Assembly: GCA_002269645.1 (NCBI GenBank)
Contig: NIVC01000680.1
Span: forward strand, 66,397-130,396
Direction: 5' to 3'
Length of the DNA: 64,000 bases
From: Macrostomum lignano
Taxonomy: Eukaryota
The notes beneath the pieces are model-generated. The model saw only the letters and a program-made list of their open reading frames with translations, was not told where the DNA came from and did not search any database. The translations under genes were made by a program, and so were the position numbers. This document shows, in pieces, positions 1-58,108 of this stretch (within the stretch, counting starts at the first letter, position 1; each line of letters begins with the position of its first letter).

Positions 1-849
1 TTTGCCTGTTTTGATTGGTTTCTCTGAAATCAAAGTGTTGATGTCAATCGTTTTTTGATATGCCATCTATTTGCAGACGTTATTTCAGTGAAGTTATTCG
101 TGAAGGATATACGAGCACTGTGAAAAGGCTTAATAGCGCGCCCAGATTGGTTGCTCCATAGACCCCCTTTTGGGCCATAGACAATGGAAAAGCAAGTCTT
201 CAATAGCTTGATTCTCCCAATAAGAATTAAACTGCTTGCTCCTAGGCTCAACTGGATTGGAAAATGCTATAGTAAATATTATCGAGCGCATTGTAGTTTA
301 TGGTTTAATCTGCCCCCTCCCCTGAATTTTTGGCCAGGACTAAAAACATTGCAAGTTGCTTTCAATCGATAAAAATGGCCAACAAAATTTCCGTAGTATT
401 AATGCACAGTTTTGGAATTTGCTATTCTGAAGGCACCTGAATAGTCTGAGTGACAGCTCGACTCTTTCCACTTGTCTTACTCATTGGATCTCAAAAAATG
501 ATAAAATTGGCATTTAGCAATAACTCCTGCTGTGGTGCTAAAAGTATAGCCACTCTTATTGACGAAAAAAATTCTTTAGTTTTTCTTTCGACCTTCCTTT
601 CTGGGATCTAAAACTCCTCATCCTCTCGAGCATGCATATTTTAGCTCCAGATCTTCAGATAGTCGAGCTCAAGTGTCGACTTCTTCTGTTGGACAGCTGT
701 TAGAGGAATTTTCTCGCTAGCCGAGAGTAGCTCTACAATTAGCTCTTTAGGTTCTAGATAAATTGTTAGCTTTCTTCAGTTGCATTGTATGCTTTAGAAG
801 TTTATTAATAGTCTGATTCAGCTGTAGTTAGCGATAGGACCTGTGTTAA

Positions 850-45817
<44,968 letters not shown>

Positions 45818-46859
45818 TGAGTCACATTTGAAATAGATGATCTGGAAGAATTATTGAAGAATAAATTACATATTACAGTGGTGGTGGAATTTGAAAAAAA
45901 ATAATATATCATCATTGACAGTCTATTTAAAATAATAAATAGCTTCCATTTTAATGTCTCGCAACATTTGAAACTCTCCAATGCTTGAGAGTATTATATT
46001 GCGCGTCCATTCTATTTTTTCCAGAATAATGCAAATTTAACATTTGCGAATAGCTATATGGTCAGCTACCTAGAAACCTGTCTAAAAAACTAATGTATCC
46101 AATTCTACTTAATTAGTTCGTCTCTTGTAATTGCAGCATGCGGGGTGTCCGTGCGCGATTTTCGATTCCAAATTCTTCCGGATTTTTTCTGGGTTTTTTC
46201 CGGGTTTTTTCCGGGTTTTTTTAGGTTTTCCGGGTTTTACCCTTTTTCGGGTCTATGAAATTTGCTTGCGGAATTTTGCTTGCCGAACTTTGCTTGCCGA
46301 ACTTTGCTTGCAGAAATTTTGCTTGCCGAGGTTTGCCAGCCACAGTTTTCTTGCCTAACCTTAAAGAACCTATTATTGAGCTCTTGTACTTCTAATTTTC
46401 ATTTTCTAATATTTGTGGAAGTCGCCTATAGTGTTATGATTTTGTATGAGGATATGGCGGATTTGAATAGCCCTAATGCAGAAATAAAATAATTTAGTTT
46501 TTTTACTTAGAATATATTTTCAACAAAAATTTGACACAATTTCGAACAATGCACATAGCGAATTATTTAAGCAGCGAAATGTACAAAATAGATTTTTTGA
46601 AAATGAACGTACATTGTACACCAATGTACATCATTTCTATATACTATATTCTTAGAATGAAACTCTATAAGCCTAGTTTGAAAGCTTAGTGTCAAGTCAG
46701 TTTACGTCGACGCTGATAAGAATCCACTTGCAAAGCATCTGTAGTAAGTAATAATTGACTGACCGACTTCACATGCAAACAAAACAAGCAAGCAAACAAG
46801 AAAATAATTCGGAAAGTTAAAACCTTGCAATTGTGATTGCGAATTTCTAGGAAGCAGAC

Positions 46860-47680
46860 ATCAAAAGTCCGCAAGCAAAGTTTGGCAAGCAAAATTCCTG
46901 CAAGCAAACTTCAGCAAGCAAAGTTCGGCAAGCAAAGTTCCTGCAAGCGGAATTCCTGCAAGCAAAATTAGGCAAGCAAAGTTCGGCAAGCAAAATTCCG
47001 CAAGCAAAGCTCGGCAAGCAAAGTTCGGCAAGCAAAATTCCTCCAAGCAAAGTTCGGCAAGCAAAGTTCGGCAAGCAAAATTCCGCAAGCAAAGTTCGGC
47101 AAGCAAAATTCCTCCAAGCAAAGTTCGGCAAGCAAAGTTCGGCAAGCAAACTTCCCGCAAGCAAAGCTCGGCAAGCAAACTTCCCGCAAGCAAAGCTCGG
47201 CAAGCAAACTTCCCGCAAGCAAAGCTCGGCAAGCAAACTTCCCGCAAGCAAAGCTCGGCAAGCAAACTTCCCGCAAGCAAAGCTCGGCAAGCAAAATTCC
47301 GCAAGCAAAGCTCGGCAAGCAAAATTCCGCAAGCAAAGCTCGGCAAGCAAACTTCCCGCAAGCAAAGCTCGGCAAGCAAACTTCCCGCAAGCAAAGCTCG
47401 GCAAGCAAACTTCCCGCAAGCAAAGCTCGGCAAGCAAAATTCCGCAAGCAAAGCTCGGCAAGCAAACTTCCCGCAAGCAAAGCTCGGCAAGCAAACTTCC
47501 CGCAAGCAAAGCTCGGCAAGCAAAATTCCGCAAGCAAAGCTCGGCAAGCAAACTTCCCGCAAGCAAAGCTCGGCAAGCAAACTTCCCGCAAGCAAAGCTC
47601 GGCAAGCAAAATTCCGCAAGCAAAGCTCGGCAAGCAAACTTCCCGCAAGCAAAGCTCGGCAAGCAAACTTCCGCAAGCAA
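46860..47680. repeat. GCAAGCAAA-core satellite (14/15-nt subunits, 29-nt dimer); short inverted copy at ~46255-46335
   Basis: Direct observation. Confidence 0.9.
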
Positions 47681-48642
47681 ACGTCGTACTCCCGCATCAA
47701 CCAATCAAGATCCCAAATGAACACTTTTTTATATCAGAGATTAAGAAAATGCCAATTTTCGAGATTTTGTCAAAGTACGTTCTGTTCCAAATTAACCCAG
47801 TTTTTTTCCCGGGGCATGTGCAACCTATAGAGTCTATAGCTATTCGCATGTGTCTGCAGCTATAGTTTAGCAAACATGTACAGTCACACAGTGTACATGT
47901 AGATAAAACTCTATTCTTTTTATATAAAATCTTCTGAAACTACATTTTCGGACTAATCCTAATTCGCACAGATAAGATACCACACTGTATCAATTCTTAT
48001 AGCTATTAGCTAAGTGCTATATACAAACTGCTCTATAGATACTGCACATATGCAAACATTTGCATAACATATTTTACTGTAAATATTGTTACTCACCCAC
48101 CTTAACGAAATTCATGATCTGACACCACCTGACTGCAGGCAGATCAAGGACATACAAGCACATGCATGTTCATGTAGATATTAGCAAACACTTACATGTA
48201 ATAGCTAGTCACGCGAGTTAAAAATGCATATTTTGGTTTACATAATGCTTCTAGTGTAATTCCCATGAGTCGTTTGATGTACAAATGCATCGTTAATACA
48301 CAGGGTGCCACGTAAACGCGCGCCTGATTTAAAACGTTAATTTTTTCACTTTTAACTTTTTTCATTGGCAACCAATGTTGACAAATTTTAACACTTAACA
48401 TTGTCACAAGTATAGCATTATATTTTAGTATATACTAGATTTGCAAAAGTTATGCAAGCAAGCACTCTGCACACACACACAAGCGGAGCTCCAAAGTCGA
48501 ATGTTAAGAAAGCAAGCTGCAGGCATGCCGTAATTGCCGCATTCACTTTGCTTTCTGTGGCATACGCACACACAAACGCACGAAACTTTAATCCTGCGTT
48601 TTCTATAATCTCAATTTCATTTTTATTCAGCTAGCAGAGAGA

Positions 48643-48800
48643 TGGCATATTCAGTCACTGAAAGGGTGCGGTGCGTCGCGTGGACAGAGTGCAGTGGAGG
48701 TACCATACCTAAAGTTCCATACCGAGTATGGCAACAGTGACGGCCACAGAATTCGGCGGTGGCACGATAGACTTCTGACCACTGGCATGCAGTGTGCAGG
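48643..48800 (+). pseudogene. Short relic resembling the N-terminal HTH (DUF4817-type) of mariner-like transposases
   Basis: MAYSVTERVRCVAW... then, after a frameshift, FHTEYG...IRRWHDRLLTTG. Confidence 0.35.
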
Positions 48801-51109
48801 ATGCTGACAGCTGGTTGCGAATGACAAAAGTTATTAACGCTTTAAATCATGCAGGCGAGTTACGTGCGGGGCACCGTGCGGGCCACCCTATCCAACGCAG
48901 CTGGCATTTGGGTTGTGATGATGTACATGTACGTGCACCTCTGCAGGGTGCAGATTAAGCGACATTTGTGACACAAGGCAATTGCTGCCCATTCCGCCAA
49001 CTCCCCTGAGCAGGCACACAAGCGCGCGGACACGTACCCAGCTGTCAAACGCACAGGCACACTCACACAGGAGTGTACAGCGGCCCAACTTTATTTATCG
49101 TTAGGCATGTACACTTCACAGGTGCCTTGAAGGGTTGGCCCTCAGGGGCGTTAATTTGATCTGTTTCATTTGCGTGACAGTGAATTTAAAAACGACATGT
49201 ATTTGTACTTTTTCTGTGTATTTTGTGATGACGCAATGCTTTAGTTTGAGACTCGCTGAGGATGTCCAGCAGTTGAAGTTCTTCCACAGTCAATTGGCTT
49301 GATCTGGGAAATTAGAGAAATTCGCAACAGGGTATCCACAGTTACCTGGTTCCCACCTGTTGAAGGTCCAGAAGCTCCGCCTGGATGAAGACTATAGTGA
49401 CCAACGAAGTCAGAGCTGATGCAGTCAGATGTGATCGACATGCTGATGAAACTTGGAGACTTGGCAAGGCTGCAGTGAGGCGCAGTGCTGATTGGCGCAC
49501 AGGGATGTACTGAATACACTGGCAGAATCGTTGAATATCTCGACGGTCTGGAGAGCTGACAATAAGTTCTTGTTCGAGAAGGTTCTCGTGTTCTATAATT
49601 TCGTGTGCCTGCATTTGCTCTGGACGTTAAACCACAGCAAATAAATTGCCAGGGGTACCGGCTATAACCCACCGGAAGAGTGCACTGCCAAGTCATGCAG
49701 TCACAGAAAAATACAGTGCCCCCATACTCGTACAGCGCCATCGAGCATGCAACCAAAGCTGTAGTTTAAACACAGAAAAGCATAAAATACGACATGTAAA
49801 TCGTACATGTAGCAAATACATGAACTTCTGCCCATTTTTATGAGAGTTGTTGCTGGACTAATGAACTGTGCCTCTGACGTTTAGAAATATATTTAGTATA
49901 TTTGGATTGAGATTTTTATGCGTATACACAGCACCCTGGCACTGCACTGAATATTTACAGTATAAAGTCAAAAAGTTATTTGTGGTATACATAAGCGTGT
50001 AATTACGTCCTTATTGCAGGCTTTCGCGTTTAATATAAATGGTAATAATGGCCAAAAGTTTTAACAACAAGGAAGAAAGGGTATTATAGCATCCACAATA
50101 TATCTTACTGACACTCTCTATCCTAGATTCAATTTAATTTACTGAACACTTTAAAGAGTTGTACACTCGCTACAATAAGGTAAGACTTAAGTCAAACTGA
50201 ACTACATCCTCTGTATAATTCAAAATTTCCACTTCAGATAGCTAGTAGATAGTGGAAAAATTTTAGGCACAGAAATAAGGACCTAAAACAAGTCACGACC
50301 AAATGCACACGCATAAATGACGTACACTTAACTGTACACACCGATAGTACCTTGTAAAACGTCACTGCAGTGCAGTAGCTTGAACAAATTGACGTTGGTT
50401 GCCAAACTTTGACTGCTGGACTTTAACTGCCAGCGAAATTCCACTTTTGATTGCCGACAATTTAGATTAGATTAGATTTGTCAGCTTTCATTTTAGGGTT
50501 TACGGTCAGCAGCCTTGTAGTTCCAAAATGGAAAAATTGAATTAAAAGTGTCCTACCTCTGACTCCCAGAATGAATTTCAGTTTCTCGAAAATCTCAAAT
50601 CGAACAAATAAAACAAGTTGAAAATTGGATAAATTTGTATTGAGGAACTTTCTAATTGCGATACAATTGAATTGAATTTAATGTTTATTGTCGTTTCAGC
50701 GTTTGGACTACTTGAAACTACTTGAAAATCACAACTTGGACAACTTGGCAACCGAGTGTGATATCCCAGACGGTGTGTTTAATGTGTTTCACAAGCTGGT
50801 TACAGCTTTGTTCAAAAAGGAACATTATAGTTGCAACTGCACTGTAAAGTTATAGAGCAACGAAACCTAATGTGAAATATTTTACAATATAATATCCATT
50901 AATTTTATATTTTATGGATATAACTTTATAATATCCATATACCAAAAATGGTTTGTCTGTCTGTCGGTATGTTTAAACATTTAAAAAAATTAACACGCAT
51001 TTAACAAAATGGAGGCCAATGAAAGCTTGTAATGTCTGATGGCTTTAGAATTTCAAATGTTCTGAATATTGGAAAAACTGAAAAAATAAATACACTATTG
51101 GCACCAGCC

Positions 51110-51310
51110 AGATCGCATTTATCAATATTAGAAAACTTCCGTCATTTATGACGGTTAGAAATATTCCAATACTGGTAAATGCAACTCTGGTTTTCACAAT
51201 TTTTGTAAAGCATAATAAAAACCAAATGCACACGACTTGCAAACATGGGCTTTCAATCACAAAAGTGCACGCTGGATGCCATATTGTTATATCTATATCG
51301 CATACAGGCG
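51110..51310 (-). pseudogene. Possible hAT (TTF-type zinc finger) relic
   Basis: Across frameshifts: VCKSCAF...AFTSIG.SN..K..KF. Confidence 0.25.
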
Positions 51311-51857
51311 CCAGCGAAAGAAAGCCCAAGCTTGCAAAAAGGATACGAAATGCACTTTCTGGTCCACAGAAAATACGCATGTAAAAATACATGAAAGTAA
51401 ATTCTAGGCATCATAAATCGACTCGACTCGTAGAAGTTCGGTAAAGTTCAATTTAAAAACATTGAAAGACTGACCAGAAAGCACAAAATTTACCCTTTGA
51501 AAGTGCTAATATAATTATATGAATGCATAATCATAGATGCAAAATAAATAAATACGACGCGGCATTCAAGAAGTCGGGGCAGCTCGTGCACTCGCCACGC
51601 AGATTCTCTAGACATAGCAGTACATGAGGATAAAACTAAGGTGAGAACACGCTGGTATGCTAGAGAATCTGCAGCGATGAAAAGAAAAAATTCCAAATCT
51701 GAGTGTTGCCGAACTTTTTGAATGTCTGTCGTATAAAAAATTGAAATATAAATTAAATGCAAAAATATATAAATAAGTAGAAAAAATAAACAAAATATAT
51801 TGATTAAAAATAAATGCATTTGCTTTACTATGCTTATAAAAATTGCTAGGTGCCAAC

Positions 51858-52203
51858 TCAAAAAAGCGGCGACTTGGCCACTTGTACTTTTACAAACAGC
51901 GTATCATCCTTCAGGAAGCCCTTGGGCTCCAGGTCGTCCTTCGGGCAGAACTGCTCAAAGCCGAACAGCTGGCCCGTTGGCTGCGTCGGCCGCTGGAACT
52001 GAGACGACCCGTCTGGCACAAAGTGCCGCGTCAGATGGTCAGACGGTGAGCTCTGGTTCATCAGAGTGAAGCTCACCTTATTCTTGAACGGCCAAGTCAG
52101 GGCGGCATCGTAGGGGCCCTTGTTGATTCGGGCGAACAGGCTGATGTGGCTGCCGCGGCCGCGGCCCTGCCCGTTGAGATGGACCACCGCTGACAGCTTG
52201 TAG
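51858..52203 (-). CDS. TRAF: TRAF exon 4 (MATH domain)
   Basis: ccccag acceptor (phase 2); stop TGA at 51860-51858. Confidence 0.92.
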
Positions 52204-55170
52204 CTGGGGGAGAGGGATGTTAAATAGCTGATGTCAGAGTAAGCTGTCATACAGAAGCCACTGAAGGAAGGTGGGGCCGTAGCCCAGCTTGGGTCTGCTA
52301 GTGAAATTAACGGCTTTGACGACCAACCCACAGACAGCTGCCTCTAACAAAGAAAAAAATGTCAGTTAGCTCACCCGAATTTGTCAGTGAACAGCAGAGG
52401 CGAATACAGCACTGGCTCATAATCTGTGCTGGTTGTTCTCTCTTTAAAAAAAGGAATTTTCCATATAAGAGTGCCGTCACTGCTGCCAACCTCCTGCAGA
52501 CTGATGTTGCGATCCAGGTCGCATATTCGAACTTCCTGTAATAAAGAAAGAAACATAAAGTTATGAGAACTAAACTAATTAAACTAACAGCAACAAAGTA
52601 CGCAGTGCTTCAGTAAGCCCTAGAGTCGCTCAACATGCGGGTATCTCTGGGTCCTGGCTTGACCCCGCCTGAACGGTCCCGGCAAAGTGAGCAGCAGGAC
52701 GTACTGGACAGGCTGGGGCAGCAACTCTCAGCCAGGATCACATGGCCTGCGCCAGTAGGAGTCGCTGCTGGATGGTGGACGGAGCTGGACTGGATTTTCC
52801 ATTTCCAACCTCTGAAGAACATCATCTCTCTTGCGATCCAGGAGCTTTTCTTTATTCCTACCAACCGATGAGGATGGACATCAACATATGCTAATGAGCC
52901 TTGTACATCTTGGATGACTTGCGATCATGTATCTTTGGAAGATACTCGGGGCGGTCTTAATACCGAAAACTAGTCGGCTGCAGTTGTAATCGCTGAAGTC
53001 GCTGACAGTCGCTGAAGTCGCTGACAGTAGCTGACGATCACTGACAGTCGCTGACAGTCGTTGACAGTCAATGACAGTCGCTGACGATCACTGACAGTTG
53101 GTGACAGTCGCTGAAGTCGCTGACAATCGCTGAAGTCGCTGACAATTGCTGACAGTCACTGAAGTCGCTGACAATCGCTGAAGTCGCTGACAATTGCTGA
53201 CAGTCGCTGACAATCGCTGACAGTCGCTGACAATTGCTGACAGTCGCTGACAGTCGCTGACAATTGCTGACAGTCGCTGACAATCGCTGACAATCGCTGA
53301 CAATCGCTGACAGTCAATGACAATCGCTGACAGTGGCCGACAATCGCTGACAGTCGCTGACAATCGCTGACAGTCAATGACAATCGCTCACAATCGCTGT
53401 CACTGACGATCACTGACAGTCGCTGACAATCGCTGACAGTCAATGACAATCGCTGACGATCACTGACAGTCGCTGACAATCGCTAATGATCACTGACGAT
53501 CACTGACAATCGCTGAAGGTCGCTGACAAACCCAGAGTCACGAGAGCTAGGAAAACCAGCGCGAAAAATAATAAAGACCAACACAGGCTTGGGGGCAGAC
53601 GGACCCTCCGGCTAAGCCTAAGTCAACAAAAAAGAGCAAAACAGAGCAAAGAGAAAATAGACTAGCCGCACCGGCCAGCCAATCAAAACCCCGCCTGGGA
53701 GGAAGGGGCCAAACCCGCAGCCAATCAGCTCTGAGCACGGGGCAGGGCGCACGGCTGGGGAGGGGCACGCAAAAAGCCCGGCCGCCAGCCAGACCTAAAG
53801 TACCTGCAAACCAGACAACAAGGGCGCTTGCACTGCATAACCAACTAACAGACTGACTAACCGACTAAGTATAAACAAACAGATTAACAGATGGCAAAAA
53901 ATAATAAAATACTTGGGTTACAACGAAACTGACGAACCTTAAGCGACATGGCGCACAGAAGTTCCTTGTAAACGGCATCTCCAGCGCTAAGCTCTTCGTA
54001 CTGGCGCTGCATCTGGGCCATAAACGGCTCCATAGCCCGATAGGTCACAGCCAGCTTCTTACTCATCACGTCGCGCTGTTTGTCCAACTCATCTGGAGCA
54101 ATGCGCGAGAATCTCATTCTCTCGAAAAACTCTGCCTGACCACGCGGATCGCTGGTCTGCTTGGGGTGCTCCGGATAGCCAAACTTCTCCAGATTGTACA
54201 CCAACTCGGCTTTGTCAAATACATCTTCAACTATTTTCATTTCCATTTGCGAGGTTGAAACGCTCGAAGCTGAAGGCTGAGGGTACAAGTAAATTCAATT
54301 GACATTTGACTCGACTTGAACAACTTTAAACTTTTTGCTGGGTTACACTGCCAAGCGCAAATAATCAATCATAAATAAAATTGGTTTACCAACTATGCTC
54401 ACCTCCAAACCAACAGCACCAGAATCGCCAACTTCTTGACCTTCTGAGCACTGTACAGCGCGCGATTTAGCTTTAGCCAGGAGCCTGTCAGTGTGCAAGG
54501 CTACATATTCCTGGCGATGCTCTTTAGCATTGGACACTGGCCCGCAGCCAAACGGACATGGTTGACCATCAGACCAACCAACCGGACAGTCAGTCAGCGC
54601 GTGCTTCCGCCTGGCTTCATCAGTGTCTCTTATCCTAGCTGAGCAGGAGATGCAGAGCTGCGTACTGCCAATGCACTCTCGATTTTTGTGCTCCTCTATC
54701 TGGTCATTGGGCACAGATTCTTTGCAAGACTCGCACACGACCCTTCGTTTCGGGCACTGGCTTTTCAGATGCTTGTCCATTGCACTGGCTGGCAATTGAG
54801 TGTTGCATTGGTCACAATGAATTTCTCTGTGCTGGCAATCTGATTCCATATGCTTTATTAGATCAGGCAGCAACATCTTCTCTGGGCAAGGTTGCCAGCG
54901 GCAGTTAAATTTTGTTTTATTGAGTTCCCGGCTCATTGCTGGATCTGGATTGACACTGCTTCTGGTCAAATGAGGCACGTCATCTTCGTCTTCTTCTTTA
55001 CAGGCAATGCAGTCCATGCCTTCATCAGTTATTGCGTCTGCACAGTATCTGTGACCGCACACAGCCTGAACAGGTGACCTCATCAAATGCTTGCATTTCG
55101 GACACTTGAGTCGATTTTGCACCTGTTTCAGTTTGCCAACTTTTAAGCCGCATATGCCTCGGTCACCCAT
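51858..55170 (-). CDS. TRAF: TNF receptor-associated factor (TRAF2/3-like), 4 exons: 55170-54403, 54276-53938, 52535-52375, 52203-51858 (~537 aa)
   Basis: RING-like CPKC...CGHRYC...CIAC; TRAF Zn fingers (H-x3-CxxRxxxC-x2-C); coiled coil; MATH domain DGTLIWKI...GYKL...LNGQGRGRGSHISLF...YDAALTWPF...FQRP...FLKDDTLFVKV; splice phases 0/0/2 are all consistent. Confidence 0.92.
52375..52535 (-). CDS. TRAF: TRAF exon 3 (end of coiled coil, start of MATH)
   Basis: EVRICDLDRNISLQEVGSSDGTLIWKI...YSPLLFTDKFG. Confidence 0.9.
52700..52975 (-). pseudogene. Decayed Gypsy RT fragment in TRAF intron 2
   Basis: Across frameshifts reads RLVFGIKTAPSIFQRYM...DVQGSLAYVD...VLQRL...GHVI. Confidence 0.4.
52990..53528. 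repeat. 10-nt-based repeat (CGCTGACA(G/A)T) in TRAF intron 2
   Basis: Direct observation. Confidence 0.9.
53938..54276 (-). CDS. TRAF: TRAF exon 2 (linker/coiled coil)
   Basis: ctcag acceptor, AAG|GTTCGT donor, 339 nt. Confidence 0.8.
54403..55170 (-). CDS. TRAF: TRAF exon 1 (RING plus zinc fingers)
   Basis: ATG 55170; donor GAG|GTGAGC. Confidence 0.9.
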
Positions 55171-56374
55171 TCCTCTGCTGAAATTAATTATTATAATTGT
55201 GCATAAGTCTCAGAGGAAGGGAGGTAAGTTTTATTACTTATCTAATAGATGTTTAAGAAGCAAAACATATTACTAGTTATTTATGAGCATACATAGCGAA
55301 TTTCACTGAATTCCAAATAAATAAAATAATTTTCAAAACTCATTTAAAATTTGTACACATCTGTTATATAATATCTTTAATAAGTCAAAGTATTGCCATT
55401 TAATTTCATGCTTGATTATTGGTTCAAACTACTAAAATAAGTTCAACTTTGATTTATTAATAATTGAATTTTGAAGTTAGCAAAAGTACTTAGCCAATGA
55501 AAAATGCATAGTAGTAAGTATCCCAGTTGAGACAAAATGGCATAGCAGAGTAGATGCAAGCTAAGATTCCTTGTTGTAAGGCCTAGCAATCATATTTCTT
55601 TAGTCCTATACATGTAGTCTAATGGGATTTGTAAAAGTAAGGGAAAGTTATATTTGCTTATAGCATTTAACATATTAGAGGTCTACTGCTACTGCATAGA
55701 TGGGCAAGTGGGCATTGCTGCCTGACAGCAGAGTTTATCTACTTTAGTGGTCTAGTGCCAAGCATCATGGACAACTAACACTATTGAACATAACACTATT
55801 GAATAACACTATTGAATAAAGCTTAAATTCAAAAATAGGCTATGCTTATTACTTATTATCTAAATCTTATCATAATACTTTGATTTCATTTTTTGAACTT
55901 GCAAAGCCATCTTTAAAATTGACTTTATTGTCTTGAAATAATTTTGTAGATAATCTCTTTATCTTTAATACTTAAGTCCCTAGCCTCTAACTAGATAGTT
56001 TTATTAAGAATAAGATTAAGTAAAATGGTAAAAGCAATAACTAAAGGCCCAATGATAATTAAAGTTAGAAGATATATTAAAGAATAGTCTTATAGCAAGT
56101 CATAGAATGAAGTCTATATATCTATATATTTTCTTTTTTTATAATATGATTTATGTTTACTAATTAGTAGGTCTATTCCTAGTCTTTCATAATTAAAGCT
56201 TATTACCTTATTACCCCCGTAGCTACCAAGTTGTGAAAAAAAATTCTCAATTTTTGTTGTTTATATATGTAAAAGTTTTAGGAGTATTAAATCAAATTTT
56301 GTATTGCTTTATGAGCTCAATGAGCTGCTTCAGATAAAATAGAAACCAAACTAACCCACTCAAATGTTCCAGCC

Positions 56375-57377
56375 ATGTTGACTAAAAGACACGAAATCAC
56401 TGCTTTGCTTTGCGTGGGCCACATCAATGTGTTTATTGCCACTTGATAGTCTGTTGTGACCCAAAGACTGTTTACAATGCCAAGCAGCTTCTAGAGGCTG
56501 AAGAGACTTTGGAGAGATGTCCTGGCTCTGGGCATCCAGCCAAACTCCATCTGGCCCAAGTTAAGAAGACTTTCATGGGCAACCCGAATTGCTCTATCAT
56601 TTCAGCTGCTGCCGATGCAAATGTGAGCTGCTCTACCATGTCCAGGGCTGTTAAGAAGGCAGGCGGAGTCTCAATATGTCTGGCAGAGTGGCCCTTGTTA
56701 ACACAACGTCAATAGGATGTCTGGTTAGAGTGCTCTAAGAAGCTGCTCAACTTCCTGAAATCCTGACCAGCTGGCAGGACAATCATCTTCTTTGATAAAA
56801 AGACATTTTCAGTGGATCTTGCATTCAACAAGCAAAATGACAGGTTTGTAAGCTTTGAAAGTGCAGACAAGGTGGGCTGTGTGATATCAACAACAAAGCA
56901 CCCAGCATTGGCTATGATGCTTGGTGTGATTAGCTCCTCTGGCCATTTAATGCCTCCTATGTGGTTTCCCATTGGATATTGACTCATAGCTACAGAATAT
57001 AAGAAGGTATTGGAGGAGCAAGTCTTGCCCTGGATCCACCCTATTGTCTCTAACAACAACTGTGTGTTTCAACAGGATGGCACCCCAGCTTATATGGCCC
57101 TCCTTGTCCAGAAATGGATGGATGAAAACATGAGGTTTTGGCCAAAGGACTTTTGGCCGAGCTACAGAGTCCAGACCTTAACCTATTAGACTTTAGTGTA
57201 TGGTCACATGTGGAGTCTGAGGCCTGCTCTGTTTACCACCAAAATATGGAATCAATGAAGGCTTTAGTCGATGAGGTGTAAAACAGCCTGCCAGCCAAAT
57301 ACATCAGAAAGGTGTGCTTTGCCTTTTGACCCCATTTAGAGCAAGTGATCCAAGCCAATGGAGGCTATATTGAATAG
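56375..57377 (+). pseudogene. Degenerate Tc1/mariner-superfamily (maT/DD37D-like) transposase
   Basis: MLTKRHEITALL HTH; IIFFDKKTFSVD...NKQNDR; TKHPALAMMLGVIS; VFQQDG...WP..SPDLNLLD..VW; GGYIE*; several stops and frameshifts. Confidence 0.75.
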
Positions 57378-58108
57378 AATAGAGGGTCCCAGGTCAATTC
57401 GGTGACAAGACATTTCGGTGACAACAACTTCGGTGACAACTTGGGACGTTTCGGTGACACCAGTGGTCAATTCGGTGACAAGCTTTTTAGACTTGATTTG
57501 ACTATTTTTCGTTGTTAAATATTAATATATATAAGCTGTTAATACGGCTCGTATAAACTCTTATTAAAGTAATAAAGGTTCGTATGCTATACTATCAATT
57601 ATCATTTTGTTTGAGTGCGTTTCGAGGCATAATGTCACTTATGTTTAACAGCGCGCACTTAATTTTATCCATACTTTTAATTTTTCAACCCAAGTCAACG
57701 ACAATTGATTATTAGATTTTTTGTACTACATCTATATGTACATGTATTGTAGATGTACATGTACGTCTTAAAAGCCATTGAACGAGTTCAGAAAACAACT
57801 GTATATCTAATAGCGTAGCTTATGACTGTACATGTTTTTATGTGCTAATTCAGGGACTATAAGGCAAGGGGCGCCAATAGGGGCGGACGTACCCGCGGAT
57901 AGAGCTTGATAGAACTTATTGAGCCCCCAAAAACCTAAGTTTGCACCCTTTAAACTAGATTTTTTGCCTCCTACACGCATTTTTTGCACCCCTAGCTTAA
58001 AAATTGGCGCCCCTCATACTCATGAATTATTGGCGCCCAAAACTTGGACCGACGCCCCGGCCCCCCCTTCGGCCCCCAAAAGAAATTCTAGATCCGCTAC
58101 TGTGTGTG

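Noticed and set aside
1-700. Short ORFs at the window start (30-251, 184-372)
   Set aside because: No recognisable domain or splice chain
49241-49756. 171-aa Cys-containing minus-strand ORF
   Set aside because: Non-ATG start and no motif; the opposite strand looks more like a decayed coding sequence
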